Origin: Candidatus Gottesmanbacteria bacterium UBA5942
Lineage (GTDB): Bacteria; Patescibacteriota; Microgenomatia; UBA10105; UBA927
Direction: 5' to 3'
Length of the DNA stretch: 64,000 nt
Assembly (NCBI GenBank): GCA_002430725.1
Contig: DJCU01000035.1
Location: forward strand, 19,324 to 83,323
Part shown: in pieces, positions 49,040 to 60,103 of the stretch
Layout of the letters: the number at the start of each line of letters is the position of its first letter
Numbering within the stretch: position 1 is the first letter of the stretch
Position numbers and translations under genes: made by a program
Notes under the pieces: generated by a model
What the model saw: the letters and a program-made list of their open reading frames with translations, nothing else
Databases searched by the model: none
What the model was told of the DNA's origin: nothing

Positions 49040-49312
49040 TTAGCGAACGACTTTTTTTAATGCTTTCCCAGCGGTGAAGCCAGGAGTCTTGCGTGCAGGA
49101 ATATTGATCGCTGACCCTGTTTGTGGGTTGCGGCCAGTTCGTGCTTTGCGGCTTCGTACCATAAAGGTTCCGAATCCGGTAACCACTACCTTGTCACCCT
49201 TTTTCAGTGCATCGGTAACGGCTCCAAATACTGCTGCGACTGCTTCGCGTGCTGCTTTGGCGGTAAGATTGGCTTTTTTCGCTACGACATCGACGAGATC
49301 TGCTTTAGTCAT
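49040..49312 (-). CDS. hup: DNA-binding protein HU
   Basis: GFGTF, GRNPQTG, PGFTAGK; AGGAGGTGA SD. Confidence 0.95.
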   Translation of the reverse strand: MTKADLVDVVAKKANLTAKAAREAVAAVFGAVTDALKKGDKVVVTGFGTFMVRSRKARTGRNPQTGSAINIPARKTPGFTAGKALKKVVR

Positions 49313-49394
49313 GAGTATAATTCACCTCCTTTTGGGCAGAGGGTTCTAACAAGAAAATTTTTTTAAGGGATTGTTGCAACAATCTCCATGAGGC

Positions 49395-49423
49395 ACTGTA
49401 AAAGATGTAGCGCGTCCTGTCAA
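49395..49423 (-). promoter_or_regulatory. hup promoter
   Basis: TTGACA-17-TACAGT; palindrome GATTGTTGCAACAATC just downstream. Confidence 0.65.
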
Positions 49424-49607
49424 CCTATCATTTAATACATCGCACTGTAACAATCTAAATCGTAACAGATAGTTATTTTGGATTGTCCCGACAACCCGGT
49501 GATATAAATTGAAAAATATGTTCTCAACAAAAAAGCACAAGGATAGCTTTCTGATTTTTATCCTACACCATGAGCGAGTTTGGTGAGCTTCACCCTCGTT
49601 TCAATGA

Positions 49608-51182
49608 TTATTTCACCACTTCTACTGCGCGTAGCTCGCGGATGACCGTCACTTTGACGCTTCCAGGTACGATAACCTTTTTGGCTATCTCATCACGGAT
49701 CTCTTTTGCTAACACTGCAGTGGTGGCATCGGAGACAGATCCCGGGTCAACAATGACACGAATTTCTCTTCCCGCCTGGAATGCGAAACTCTCAGTTACT
49801 CCCTTATGGGATTTGGCGATTTCCTCGAGATCCTTGAGACGTTTGACGTATTCGTCATAGTTTTCGTATCGCGCTCCCGGACGACTTCCCGATATAGCAT
49901 CAGCAATATAAACAAGCATCGATTCAACACTCGTAAATGCGGAATCTTCGTGATGCTGAGCTACACAGTCTATCACTGCTTGAGGCAATCCATACTTCTT
50001 ACATAACTCAACCCCCAACTCAACATGATTACCTTCTTTGTCGGCAACAATTTTACCGATGTCGTGAAGTAAACAGCCCAAGCGCACAACATTGACGTCT
50101 GCACCAATTTCATGGGCGATTGCCACACCAATTTTTGTTTCTTCCATCGTGTGAGCGATCATGTTTTGACCAAATGAATATCGGTATTTAAATCTCCCTA
50201 ACATAGCAATAAGTGGTGGTGGAAGATTGTACACTCCTACAGAGTGACATAACTTTTGGCCTTCTTCGAACATAATGCGCTCAGTTTCCTTTTTCACCTG
50301 CTCAATAAGTTCTTCAATGCGTCCCGGCTGCACCCGACCGTCACGAAGCAACCGTTCCAAAGTTACCCGGGCAATTTCGCGGCGCACTGGATCAAAACTT
50401 GAGAGCCTAATAACCCCTTCTTCATCAAGATCTACATCAACGCCAGTTGCTGTTTCAAACGCGCGGATATTCCGACCTTCTTTTCCGATAATTCTCCCTT
50501 TTACTTCCTCATCTGTAACCTTGATAACCGATACGGTGTATTCTGGCACGTAGTCAGTGGCGCCATGTTTCATCGCATCCACAAGTATCTCGCGGGCTTT
50601 CGTTTCTGCCTCTAGGCGAGCTTCTGCTTCTGCTTCTTTGATTTCGCGTGCCATATCTGCGTCCAATTCACTACGCAACTCGGAAAGAATTACTTCCTTC
50701 GCTTCATCGCGGGTAAGATGGGCGGTTTTTTCAAGCTTATCTATCGTTTGCTGACGAATTTTTTCGGCGTCTTCACGCTTTTTTACGATAGCGTCTTCTG
50801 ACTCGATGATTCGCTTTTCTCTATCGGTAAGTGCTGCATCTTTGCGGTCTGCTGCTATTTCCCTCTCTCGGACACTACTTTCCAATCTACGAACGTCCAT
50901 CTCTGCGTCACGACGAACCCGAAGCGCTTCATCTTTGGCTTCCAAGATAATTTCCCGAGCCTGCGCTTCTGCAAGTTTACGCATCGCGTCAACATCAACT
51001 GCAGGCGCTTGCGGAGACTGTTGTTGCGGTTGCGGTTGCTGTACTCCCTTTTTGACTTTTTTTGCAGCAGGAGACGCCTGAACAGCTGGTGTTGCATCTT
51101 CTACCGGTACTGCCTTTATACTGACTCCACGGGTGCTTTTGGGTTTTACCAACCCGGATAACGTTTTGAGTACATCAAACAT
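49608..51182 (-). CDS. rny: Ribonuclease Y lacking the N-terminal TM helix
   Basis: Coiled coil, KGRIIGKEGRNI (KH), LHDIGK (HD), ADAISGSRPGAR. Confidence 0.93.
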   Translation of the reverse strand: MFDVLKTLSGLVKPKSTRGVSIKAVPVEDATPAVQASPAAKKVKKGVQQPQPQQQSPQAPAVDVDAMRKLAEAQAREIILEAKDEALRVRRDAEMDVRRLESSVREREIAADRKDAALTDREKRIIESEDAIVKKREDAEKIRQQTIDKLEKTAHLTRDEAKEVILSELRSELDADMAREIKEAEAEARLEAETKAREILVDAMKHGATDYVPEYTVSVIKVTDEEVKGRIIGKEGRNIRAFETATGVDVDLDEEGVIRLSSFDPVRREIARVTLERLLRDGRVQPGRIEELIEQVKKETERIMFEEGQKLCHSVGVYNLPPPLIAMLGRFKYRYSFGQNMIAHTMEETKIGVAIAHEIGADVNVVRLGCLLHDIGKIVADKEGNHVELGVELCKKYGLPQAVIDCVAQHHEDSAFTSVESMLVYIADAISGSRPGARYENYDEYVKRLKDLEEIAKSHKGVTESFAFQAGREIRVIVDPGSVSDATTAVLAKEIRDEIAKKVIVPGSVKVTVIRELRAVEVVK

Positions 51183-51218
51183 ATGAATCCTTTCTTAAAG
51201 GCGAAGCAAAAATGCAGC

Positions 51219-51351
51219 AAAAAAGACCGCGCTATCTTCAGGCGGCGTCTGTAGGAGAATTAGTGGTGCGTGTATATCTCATATTCCTACAAAATTCAGT
51301 TTTGCTGATCTTTATAATTCGCTTGATGGCAGGGTACATCCACTGCCTATA
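51219..51351 (-). ncRNA. Candidate compact 6S-like RNA plus terminator
   Basis: Own promoter TTGACG-17-TAAAAT (51358-51386); rod-like fold; U tract at 51219-51224; directly upstream of rny. Confidence 0.45.
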
Positions 51352-51360
51352 CCTCATATT

Positions 51361-51861
51361 TTACACGTTTGTGAGTATATCGTCAACGACACCCCAGCTT
51401 ATCTCCGATGAAAATCCACTCCGCAAAAGATAGTCTACAAGCTTCCGTTTCTGCTCAGGCAATGGCAAGTATTTCCAAGCATCTCGTTTTTTACTAACTA
51501 CTCGCTTTGCCAAATTCACCTCAGACTGCTCTCCGCGCATCCCTTCATATACCACCTCATCAATGATCTCTGGTGCTATTCCTTTACGAGCAAGCTCCAT
51601 ACGTATCATACGCGATCCCTTTGGCTTCCTGCCGGTTCGTTGTCCAACCCACCAAATGCTAAATTCCTGATCGTTGATATAGTGAAGTTCACGTAAACGA
51701 ATAAGCACACGTGAGAGAACAAGCGGTGCCGCAGTATGACTCCGTGATAATTTTTGAGCAAGGTAATCTCGGATTTCTTTTTCGCTTCTCGGACGATATG
51801 ACACAAAACGGATGGCAAGCGCCATAAGTTTTTCATACACGTCCGATTGATCAATATCCAT
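51361..51861 (-). CDS. recX: Regulatory protein RecX
   Basis: RPRSEKEIR, YIND, I..EL.RKGI, L.RSGF. Confidence 0.88.
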   Translation of the reverse strand: MDIDQSDVYEKLMALAIRFVSYRPRSEKEIRDYLAQKLSRSHTAAPLVLSRVLIRLRELHYINDQEFSIWWVGQRTGRKPKGSRMIRMELARKGIAPEIIDEVVYEGMRGEQSEVNLAKRVVSKKRDAWKYLPLPEQKRKLVDYLLRSGFSSEISWGVVDDILTNV

Positions 51862-51934
51862 ATATGTACACCATCTTCACACGCCTTGTTTCAAAGGATA
51901 GTTGCAGTATATACTATGCGCAAAGGAGCACACT

Positions 51935-52693
51935 ATGGAACTACTATTTGCTGGTGCTACACCGTTACTCGTTATTTTACTCGTTGTTATCTTATCTTCA
52001 CTAAAGCAAGTCAATGAATTTGAACGCGGCATACAATTTACCTTTGGGAAATACTCTGGTGTACTTGAGCCGGGATGGCGTATCGTACTCCCTGTGTTCC
52101 AAACATGGCAAAAGGTAGATATCCGTACCAAAGTAGTAGAAGAACCTGATCAGGAAGTGATTACCAAAGACAACGTAAGTACAAAAATAACCGCTGTCAT
52201 TTACTACAAAATCACAGACGCCCAAAAGGCTATCCTTGAAGTAGAAAATTTCTATTGGGCAGTATCCCAATTAGCACAGACTACGATGCGCAACGTCATA
52301 GGAGAAGTCACCCTTGATCAACTTCTCACCCAACGACACGAGCTCGCTGTCAAGATCCGAGATATTGTAGAAAAATCAGCCGGCCTTTGGGGACTCGATG
52401 TTTCCAGTGTTGAACTTAAAGATATAAAGCTTCCCGAATCCATGGTGCGCACCATGGCAAAACAAGCAGAAGCAGAACGGGAAAAGAGAGCAACAATCAT
52501 CAATTCTGAAGGCGAAGTAATCGCATCCAAAAACCTTGCGATTGCCGCAAAAACTATGCAGGGAACTCCAGGAGCGCTACATCTACGGACACTAAATTCG
52601 ATAAATGATATTTCGTCCGATCAGTCAAACACAGTCGTGTTTGCGATCCCACTCGAAATTCTTCATGCGCTCGAAGGATTTAAGAAAAAATAA
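51935..52693 (+). CDS. SPFH/stomatin family protein
   Basis: QEVITKDNV, AQTTMR, AEAEREKRA; AAGGAG SD. Confidence 0.92.
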   Translation: MELLFAGATPLLVILLVVILSSLKQVNEFERGIQFTFGKYSGVLEPGWRIVLPVFQTWQKVDIRTKVVEEPDQEVITKDNVSTKITAVIYYKITDAQKAILEVENFYWAVSQLAQTTMRNVIGEVTLDQLLTQRHELAVKIRDIVEKSAGLWGLDVSSVELKDIKLPESMVRTMAKQAEAEREKRATIINSEGEVIASKNLAIAAKTMQGTPGALHLRTLNSINDISSDQSNTVVFAIPLEILHALEGFKKK

Positions 52694-52713
52694 TCAGGTG
52701 TATGCTCGCTTAC

Positions 52714-53745
52714 TCAGGCTTCTTCGGTGTGTGCGACCTTCACTGAGGCGTGCCCTGATTTTACCGCTTTCCAAATCGCCTCTGATATTTCCTTAGACAG
52801 CTTACCGTTTTCCCGAAGGAACATCTTGGCCGCTTCTTTCCCTTGACCGAGCATCTGAGTGCCATACTTTATAAACGCGCCGGATTTATTAAGTACTCCC
52901 AACTCTACGCCGACATCCAAGAGCGCTCCCTCTTTGGAAATACCGTCATGCATAACATCATACTCTGCAAGTCGGAAGGGCGGTGAAACTTTATTTTTCA
53001 CAATTCGCACACGATGCCTACTACCAATTACTTTATCCCCATCTTTGAGAGTTTCAATCTTTCTACTATCCATCCGGATACTTGCATAAAACTTGAGCGC
53101 CATACCACCAGTGGTGGTTTCGGGATTACCGAACATGACTCCAATTTTTTGCCTCAATTGATTGGTAAAAATTACAATCGTCTTGGATTTTGAAATCACT
53201 GCAGTTAATTTACGAAGTGCTTGAGACATCAATCGGGCGTGCACACCCATCATGCTATCCCCCATCTCTCCCTCGATCTCTGCTCTCGGCACTAGCGCTG
53301 CGACAGAATCGATGACAATAACATCAATACCGCCACTTCTAATCAAGGTTTCAGCAATTTCAAGCGCCTGTTCGCCAGTATCCGGCTGCGAAATAAGCAA
53401 GTTATCTAACTTCACGCCTAACACTTCCGCCCATTGTGGATCTAACGCGTGCTCTGCATCGATAAAGGCGGCTACTCCACCAGACTTTTGGGCTTCAGCG
53501 ATAATCGACAAACAGACAGTCGTTTTTCCTGATGCCTCAGGGCCATAAATTTCAACAATTCTTCCGCGTGGCACTCCTCCCACTCCAAGAGCGAGATCAA
53601 GCGGCAAGATGCCAGTAGGAACAACATCAATTGCATCGTGAACATTTACCCGTTCACCAAGCTTCATGATAGAGCCTTTGCCATATTGCTTTTCAATCGT
53701 CTCCATCGCCAATCGAATTGCCTGAAGTTTTTGGTCTTGTGCCAT
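52714..53745 (-). CDS. recA: Recombinase RecA
   Basis: [36 protein letters not shown]. Confidence 0.98.
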   Translation of the reverse strand: MAQDQKLQAIRLAMETIEKQYGKGSIMKLGERVNVHDAIDVVPTGILPLDLALGVGGVPRGRIVEIYGPEASGKTTVCLSIIAEAQKSGGVAAFIDAEHALDPQWAEVLGVKLDNLLISQPDTGEQALEIAETLIRSGGIDVIVIDSVAALVPRAEIEGEMGDSMMGVHARLMSQALRKLTAVISKSKTIVIFTNQLRQKIGVMFGNPETTTGGMALKFYASIRMDSRKIETLKDGDKVIGSRHRVRIVKNKVSPPFRLAEYDVMHDGISKEGALLDVGVELGVLNKSGAFIKYGTQMLGQGKEAAKMFLRENGKLSKEISEAIWKAVKSGHASVKVAHTEEA

Positions 53746-53968
53746 AGATACCTCCTGTGGAAAAAATATATTGGGGCAGGATCGAAATCTATCCCATTCT
53801 TACACAATAAATGATAGAATACAAGGATTGGTCAGGCATATATGGAGAAATCCTCATCTTGATCAGAGATATAATATTTGTCGCGAACGTGAGTTTGAGA
53901 TCTGAATAGTTCGCGACACCTATTGGGGAAAATCGTTGGAAAAAAACCGCAAGGTTTTGTTCCAGAAC

Positions 53969-55387
<1,419 letters not shown>

Positions 55388-55444
55388 AATTGTATCAGAG
55401 TACGAATATATTCAGTCCTACGTTCAGCATACTATAATGAGTGT

Positions 55445-56935
55445 ATGAACCTCAAAAAGCATAGGACTACCTTAAAACTGCTCAGCGGAAGTATATTTTT
55501 TGCGACAATCCTACTCCTGGCGTTTATGGTTGTGAAGTCCGGGTACTTTTTTGAATTTGATATCGATGAACTTTATCATGCCAATACAGCCTATCTCATC
55601 GCTCAAGGATACTCACCATTTAAAGATTTCTTTCTTCCGTACTCCCCGCTCTTTCATGTATCACTAATTCCTTTATTTACTCAATTCGGGTTCACACTCG
55701 AAACCATTCAGTGGACTCGACTTGTTATGATCGCGCTATTTGCCGTTCGTGTTGTCACAGCGGCAGTACTTGTCCGTATGCTGTTCGGTACGCTCGCGGC
55801 TATTCTTTTCGTTCCCCTCCTTCTTCTCGACCCGTTAACAGAGTATTCCTCCATGCAAATTCGGCCCGACAACCTCATGCTGACGGTATACGTTGTCGGA
55901 GTATGGTTACTCACTAAAGGGCTCTTACAAAAGAAAAAATATCTCGCATTTTTATCCGGCATTTTACTTGGGCTGGCAATCCTTTTATCAATAAAAATTG
56001 CACCGAGCATGGGAGTAATCTTGCTTATCCTCACTGGACTTCGCTTCAAATATACATTTACGGGATTACGGGAACTATGGCTCGGGTGTATTCTGCCCAT
56101 CGCAATATTCTGCATATATTATTCAGCAAAAGGATTACTCTCGCCGATGATAACAAATCTACTTTTCGATGCGCGATTGATTAACGAAGCGCTTAAGTAT
56201 CCCGTTCCCATGGGAAACTTTTACCGGCCGTCGGATGCCACAACGTACGGCTTGTCATTTAAACCCGCTTTGTTTCAATATCTCTGGTCGTTACCGCTTC
56301 TTTCGTTCGCCGGGGTGTATGCAACTTTTCAGGAATTTGATTTTTCGTTTCTGAAATTTTCCAAAAAAAGAACAATAGGTATAATTTTGAGTATTTCCCT
56401 TGTCGCACAGTGGTTGTCGCTATTTTTCGTTCGATCTGTATTTATTCAGTACTATCTGCCAGTCACCTATCTATTTGCCATATTTGCCGCAGTCGCGGTA
56501 GCAAAAATTATCCACACTGTTCAAATACATAAATTCGTCTATACAGCCACGCTCCTTTTCTTTTCCATTATCTATATGTATTTATTAATTCCAAGCTTAC
56601 AGGCTAATAGCGAACGGGCAAAGAGGAGCGGTGCAGAACAAAAAATGGCCATAACCGCCATTTGGAACTACGTTCCCGAAACAAGCGCGGTATATCCGGG
56701 TGTCCTCTTCCGGCCGCTGGCATACCCCGTTCCCTACGGGTTTACTTTTTATGATCTTCCCCAAAGTATATTTAGCCGATATGAACCCGTACAAAACTAT
56801 CTGAAAAAAAATGATGTCCAGTATTTAAACATAGACGGCAAACCTTGGGCACTTCCCGACGAAACAGTAGTACAATACATCAATGCTCATTATGCTCAAG
56901 ATAAGGAATATCCCCTGTTTTGGAAACAAAAATAG
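55445..56935 (+). CDS. Polytopic membrane protein, GT-C (PMT/ArnT-like)
   Basis: DE..H, RPD, QYY.P; many TM segments. Confidence 0.7.
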   Translation: MNLKKHRTTLKLLSGSIFFATILLLAFMVVKSGYFFEFDIDELYHANTAYLIAQGYSPFKDFFLPYSPLFHVSLIPLFTQFGFTLETIQWTRLVMIALFAVRVVTAAVLVRMLFGTLAAILFVPLLLLDPLTEYSSMQIRPDNLMLTVYVVGVWLLTKGLLQKKKYLAFLSGILLGLAILLSIKIAPSMGVILLILTGLRFKYTFTGLRELWLGCILPIAIFCIYYSAKGLLSPMITNLLFDARLINEALKYPVPMGNFYRPSDATTYGLSFKPALFQYLWSLPLLSFAGVYATFQEFDFSFLKFSKKRTIGIILSISLVAQWLSLFFVRSVFIQYYLPVTYLFAIFAAVAVAKIIHTVQIHKFVYTATLLFFSIIYMYLLIPSLQANSERAKRSGAEQKMAITAIWNYVPETSAVYPGVLFRPLAYPVPYGFTFYDLPQSIFSRYEPVQNYLKKNDVQYLNIDGKPWALPDETVVQYINAHYAQDKEYPLFWKQK

Positions 56936-56980
56936 CTAAAATGTACTCCACCCGCTAAAATAGAAAAACTTCATGAACGT

Positions 56981-57565
56981 ATGGAACAAAAACGGATAAA
57001 CCGCATCAAGGAAGTTGTAAACAATCGTCAATCAGGCATTATAGTCGTGCTTGAAGATATTCACGACCCCCACAACTCTTCAGCAATACTTCGCACGTGT
57101 GATGCCATGGGCATACAAAACATCTGGTACATCTTTGAAAAAGAACCTCACTACAACCCTAAACGCATTGGGAAAGCAACAAGTTCAAGCGCTAATAAAT
57201 GGCTTAATTTCAATGTTTTTGATTCAACGCAATCATGTATCGACCTGCTCAAAAAACAGGGGTATGTCATCGCAGTTACTGCGCTAACCGATAGATCAGT
57301 TTCATTGTTGGACAAAACATTTGATGAGGAAAAAATCGCAATTATTGTTGGCAATGAACACCGCGGTGTATCAGAAATAGCATTGCAGTTAGCTGACGTC
57401 ATTTTACAAATCCCTATGCTTGGATTTGTTCAAAGCCTCAATGTGTCGGTAGCAACTGCTATAGTACTTTGGGAAATCACCAAGCAAAGAAATGGGAAAT
57501 TCCCGCTCCCCATACCTGAGCAGCAAAAACTTCTCGACGACTTTCTTGAGCGCGCCAAGAAATAA
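56981..57565 (+). CDS. trmH: SpoU/TrmH tRNA 2'-O-methyltransferase
   Basis: DPHNSSAILRTCDA, GNEHRG, IPMLGFVQSLNVSVA. Confidence 0.85.
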   Translation: MEQKRINRIKEVVNNRQSGIIVVLEDIHDPHNSSAILRTCDAMGIQNIWYIFEKEPHYNPKRIGKATSSSANKWLNFNVFDSTQSCIDLLKKQGYVIAVTALTDRSVSLLDKTFDEEKIAIIVGNEHRGVSEIALQLADVILQIPMLGFVQSLNVSVATAIVLWEITKQRNGKFPLPIPEQQKLLDDFLERAKK

Positions 57566-57580
57566 ATTTCTTATATTAAG

Positions 57581-57655
57581 GAAGGAGAGCAGTGCCGGTA
57601 TTCCGCCAGCTTTGCTGGTCGGCACGTTGAGAGGAAACCGCAGGTGTCCTCTCAA
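57581..57655 (+). repeat. Two-hairpin structured element, homolog of 23088-23162
   Basis: GTGCCG...CCAGC-TTT-GCTGG...CGGCAC followed by TTGAGAGGA...TCCTCTCAA. Confidence 0.75.
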
Positions 57656-57660
57656 AAACA

Positions 57661-58149
57661 TTAGCGCTTCGGAGATTGCTTTCGCGCACGCGCCTTATGA
57701 GCAAATCCTGCTTTTATACGCTGTTTCTTGCGTGAATCTCGTGTCATAAAACCACGCTTCTTGAGTATTGGACGGAATTTTTCTTTATCTGTCTTTTCAA
57801 GTGCTCGAGACAACCCGTGTACGACTGCCCCCAATTGTCCTGACGGCCCTCCACCAGAAACATGGATACTTGTCACAAATCTACCAATCGTATTTGTCGT
57901 ACGGAACGGCTCAAGATATACTTTTTTAGCTACTTCACCAGGAAAATATTTATCTGCCAATTTACCGTTAATGATGCACTCACCTTTAGGAACAGACACG
58001 CCCTCAATAGTAAGGCTTTCATCCTTTACCACATACAGCCTCACTCTGGCAGTAGCATTTTTTCTTCGACCGGTAGCTTCGTAGTACGATACGTTTGCTA
58101 CTGTTGCTGCTTCATCTAGTGTTTCTTTTATTACTTTTTCGTCTGCCAT
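57661..58149 (-). CDS. rpsI: 30S ribosomal protein S9
   Basis: TGRRK, GGG.SGQ, TRD.R, QSPKR. Confidence 0.95.
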   Translation of the reverse strand: MADEKVIKETLDEAATVANVSYYEATGRRKNATARVRLYVVKDESLTIEGVSVPKGECIINGKLADKYFPGEVAKKVYLEPFRTTNTIGRFVTSIHVSGGGPSGQLGAVVHGLSRALEKTDKEKFRPILKKRGFMTRDSRKKQRIKAGFAHKARARKQSPKR

Positions 58150-58169
58150 ATATTACCTCATTATAAAAA

Positions 58170-58601
58170 TTACTTTTGTGCTGTGTGCTGTACCTTACTT
58201 GCAAATTCGTGATCTGCCTCTGGTCGGACATGGAGTCTCGCGATCATACCATGGCGCAATCTATTTTTCGGCAACATCCCCATAACCGCTGTTCTTATCA
58301 GATCCTCAGGTTTGTCTCGTCTGATCTGCCAGAGCGCTTTCGTTTTTAGTCCCCCTGGAAAACCTGAATATCGAGTATACAACTTTTCTTTTTCTTTGTG
58401 ACCGGTCACTTGCACGTACTTCGCATTTATGACAACGACAAAATCACCACAGTCCAAATTACGAACAAAATATGGCTTAGATTTACCAATAAGCTTCGCG
58501 GCAATTTCCACTGCTACACGACCAAGCACCTTATCTTTGGCATCGATAATGTACCATTTTCTTTCAATTTTACTTGCTTTTGTCGCTGCAGTTGTGCTCA
58601 T
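58170..58601 (-). CDS. rplM: 50S ribosomal protein L13
   Basis: WYIIDA..VLGR, DCGD.VVVINA, GMLPK. Confidence 0.96.
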   Translation of the reverse strand: MSTTAATKASKIERKWYIIDAKDKVLGRVAVEIAAKLIGKSKPYFVRNLDCGDFVVVINAKYVQVTGHKEKEKLYTRYSGFPGGLKTKALWQIRRDKPEDLIRTAVMGMLPKNRLRHGMIARLHVRPEADHEFASKVQHTAQK

Positions 58602-58604
58602 AGG

Positions 58605-59093
58605 TTATTTAGTTGATTTGGCTGTTTTTGCCATCTTTTTTGCTTTTACTGATTTTTCGGTAACCACTTCTGCTTCCTCTACTTTCGATGCGTTTGGCGA
58701 TGCTTTCTTTGGCGCTTTTACTACTTCTGCAACTGGGGCCGCGTCAACAAACTCCAGATATACCATTTCTGATGCGTCACCACGACGTGCTCCCAGTTTC
58801 ACAATCCGGGTATATCCGCTGTTGCGACCTGCAAATCTGGTTTTTGCCATTTCAATGAGTTTCTTTTCAACAGCAAGATCAGCCAATGTTTTTTTCACTT
58901 CTAAAAGCGAACCGTTTGTCGCGCGCTTCGTCTTGGTGATAAGCTTTTCAACCATCGCCTGTACGGACTTTGCTTTCGCAAATGTGGTATGCAACCTGCC
59001 ATGTGAAATAAGCGCACGAGCAATATCTCGGAATAATCGCTTCCGTTCATCTTTATTTCTGCCTAATTTTCGACCGTATACCCCGTGTTTCAT
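58605..59093 (-). CDS. rplQ: 50S ribosomal protein L17 with an A/K/E-rich tail
   Basis: MKH..RKLGR, GYTRI.K, RRGD. Confidence 0.95.
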   Translation of the reverse strand: MKHGVYGRKLGRNKDERKRLFRDIARALISHGRLHTTFAKAKSVQAMVEKLITKTKRATNGSLLEVKKTLADLAVEKKLIEMAKTRFAGRNSGYTRIVKLGARRGDASEMVYLEFVDAAPVAEVVKAPKKASPNASKVEEAEVVTEKSVKAKKMAKTAKSTK

Positions 59094-59099
59094 ACAGTG

Positions 59100-60020
59100 T
59101 TAGATAGTGAGTACTACTCCCTTTTCTTTCAATTTCTCTTCGACTATTGAAAGAGACTTCGCACCCAAATTCTTTATTTTCATTAGATCCGTTCTCGGCG
59201 CACTCAACAATTGACCAATTGTTTCAATGTTGCCTCGACCCAGTGCGTTTACGATACGGGTTGGAATATCCAACTCTTCGATACGCATCTTCAATACTTC
59301 ATCGGAAATAGATGGTGATGCAACTACTGCATCTTCGGCTGTCTTTTCCTTTGGCTCATGAACCTGTGAGAAATAGGAAACCAGCACTTTTGCTGAATTC
59401 CGGAGCGCGGTAAGTGGACTCACCGTTTCATCGGTCCAGATTTCCATGACTAATTTATCCAAGTTCGTCATGCGTCCTACGCGGGTTGCATCCACACGAT
59501 AGTTTACGCGCACTACCGGACTAAACAATGAATCCATCGGAATACGTCCAACTTCATCATAATGTCGCTCGTCTGCCTGGACATAGCCATATCCCTTTTC
59601 AACAGATGCTTCAAGCTCCAGCTCAGCTTTTTTATCGGTAAGCGTTGCTATTACATGATCAGGGTTAACGATCGTCACTCCTGCGGGAACATCAAAATCA
59701 CGCGCAGTTACGACACCAGGTCCTTTTTTGGATAATTTCAAAACAGCGGATTCATCACCATCTACGGATAACCGGACTTTTTTAAGATTTAAAATAAGTT
59801 CTACGATATCTTCCTTGAGTCCTGCTAAGGTACTGAACTGATGAGAAACCCCTTTTACTTTAATAGAGGTGATAGCTGCACCAGGAAGCGAAGCCAAAAG
59901 CACCCGGCGAAGACTATTCCCCAATGTATGGCCATATCCCTGTTCGAGAGGCTCAATGACGAACATCCCGTATCCGGGTTTTTCTACCTCTGTTTTTATT
60001 GCAAAATTTACATCTATCAT
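59100..60020 (-). CDS. rpoA: RNA polymerase alpha subunit
   Basis: EPLEQGYGHTLGNSLRRVLL, FSPV, NLG.KS. Confidence 0.97.
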   Translation of the reverse strand: MIDVNFAIKTEVEKPGYGMFVIEPLEQGYGHTLGNSLRRVLLASLPGAAITSIKVKGVSHQFSTLAGLKEDIVELILNLKKVRLSVDGDESAVLKLSKKGPGVVTARDFDVPAGVTIVNPDHVIATLTDKKAELELEASVEKGYGYVQADERHYDEVGRIPMDSLFSPVVRVNYRVDATRVGRMTNLDKLVMEIWTDETVSPLTALRNSAKVLVSYFSQVHEPKEKTAEDAVVASPSISDEVLKMRIEELDIPTRIVNALGRGNIETIGQLLSAPRTDLMKIKNLGAKSLSIVEEKLKEKGVVLTI

Positions 60021-60040
60021 ACTTTTAGAAATTTATCGGC

Positions 60041-60100
60041 CTAGTTACTTAGTGGCTTAGGCATTATGCTAATCGCTAAACTCTAGACTCCTAAAATCCT
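60041..60100. repeat. Inverted array of 7-8 bp repeats between rpsD and rpoA
   Basis: CTAGTTAC TTAGTGGC TTAGG ... CTAATCG CTAAACT CTAGACTC CTAAAATC. Confidence 0.6.
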
Positions 60101-60103
60101 CCT

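Noticed and set aside
56508-56516. DnaA box TTATCCACA as an origin signal
   Set aside because: A single copy inside a CDS, with no cluster.
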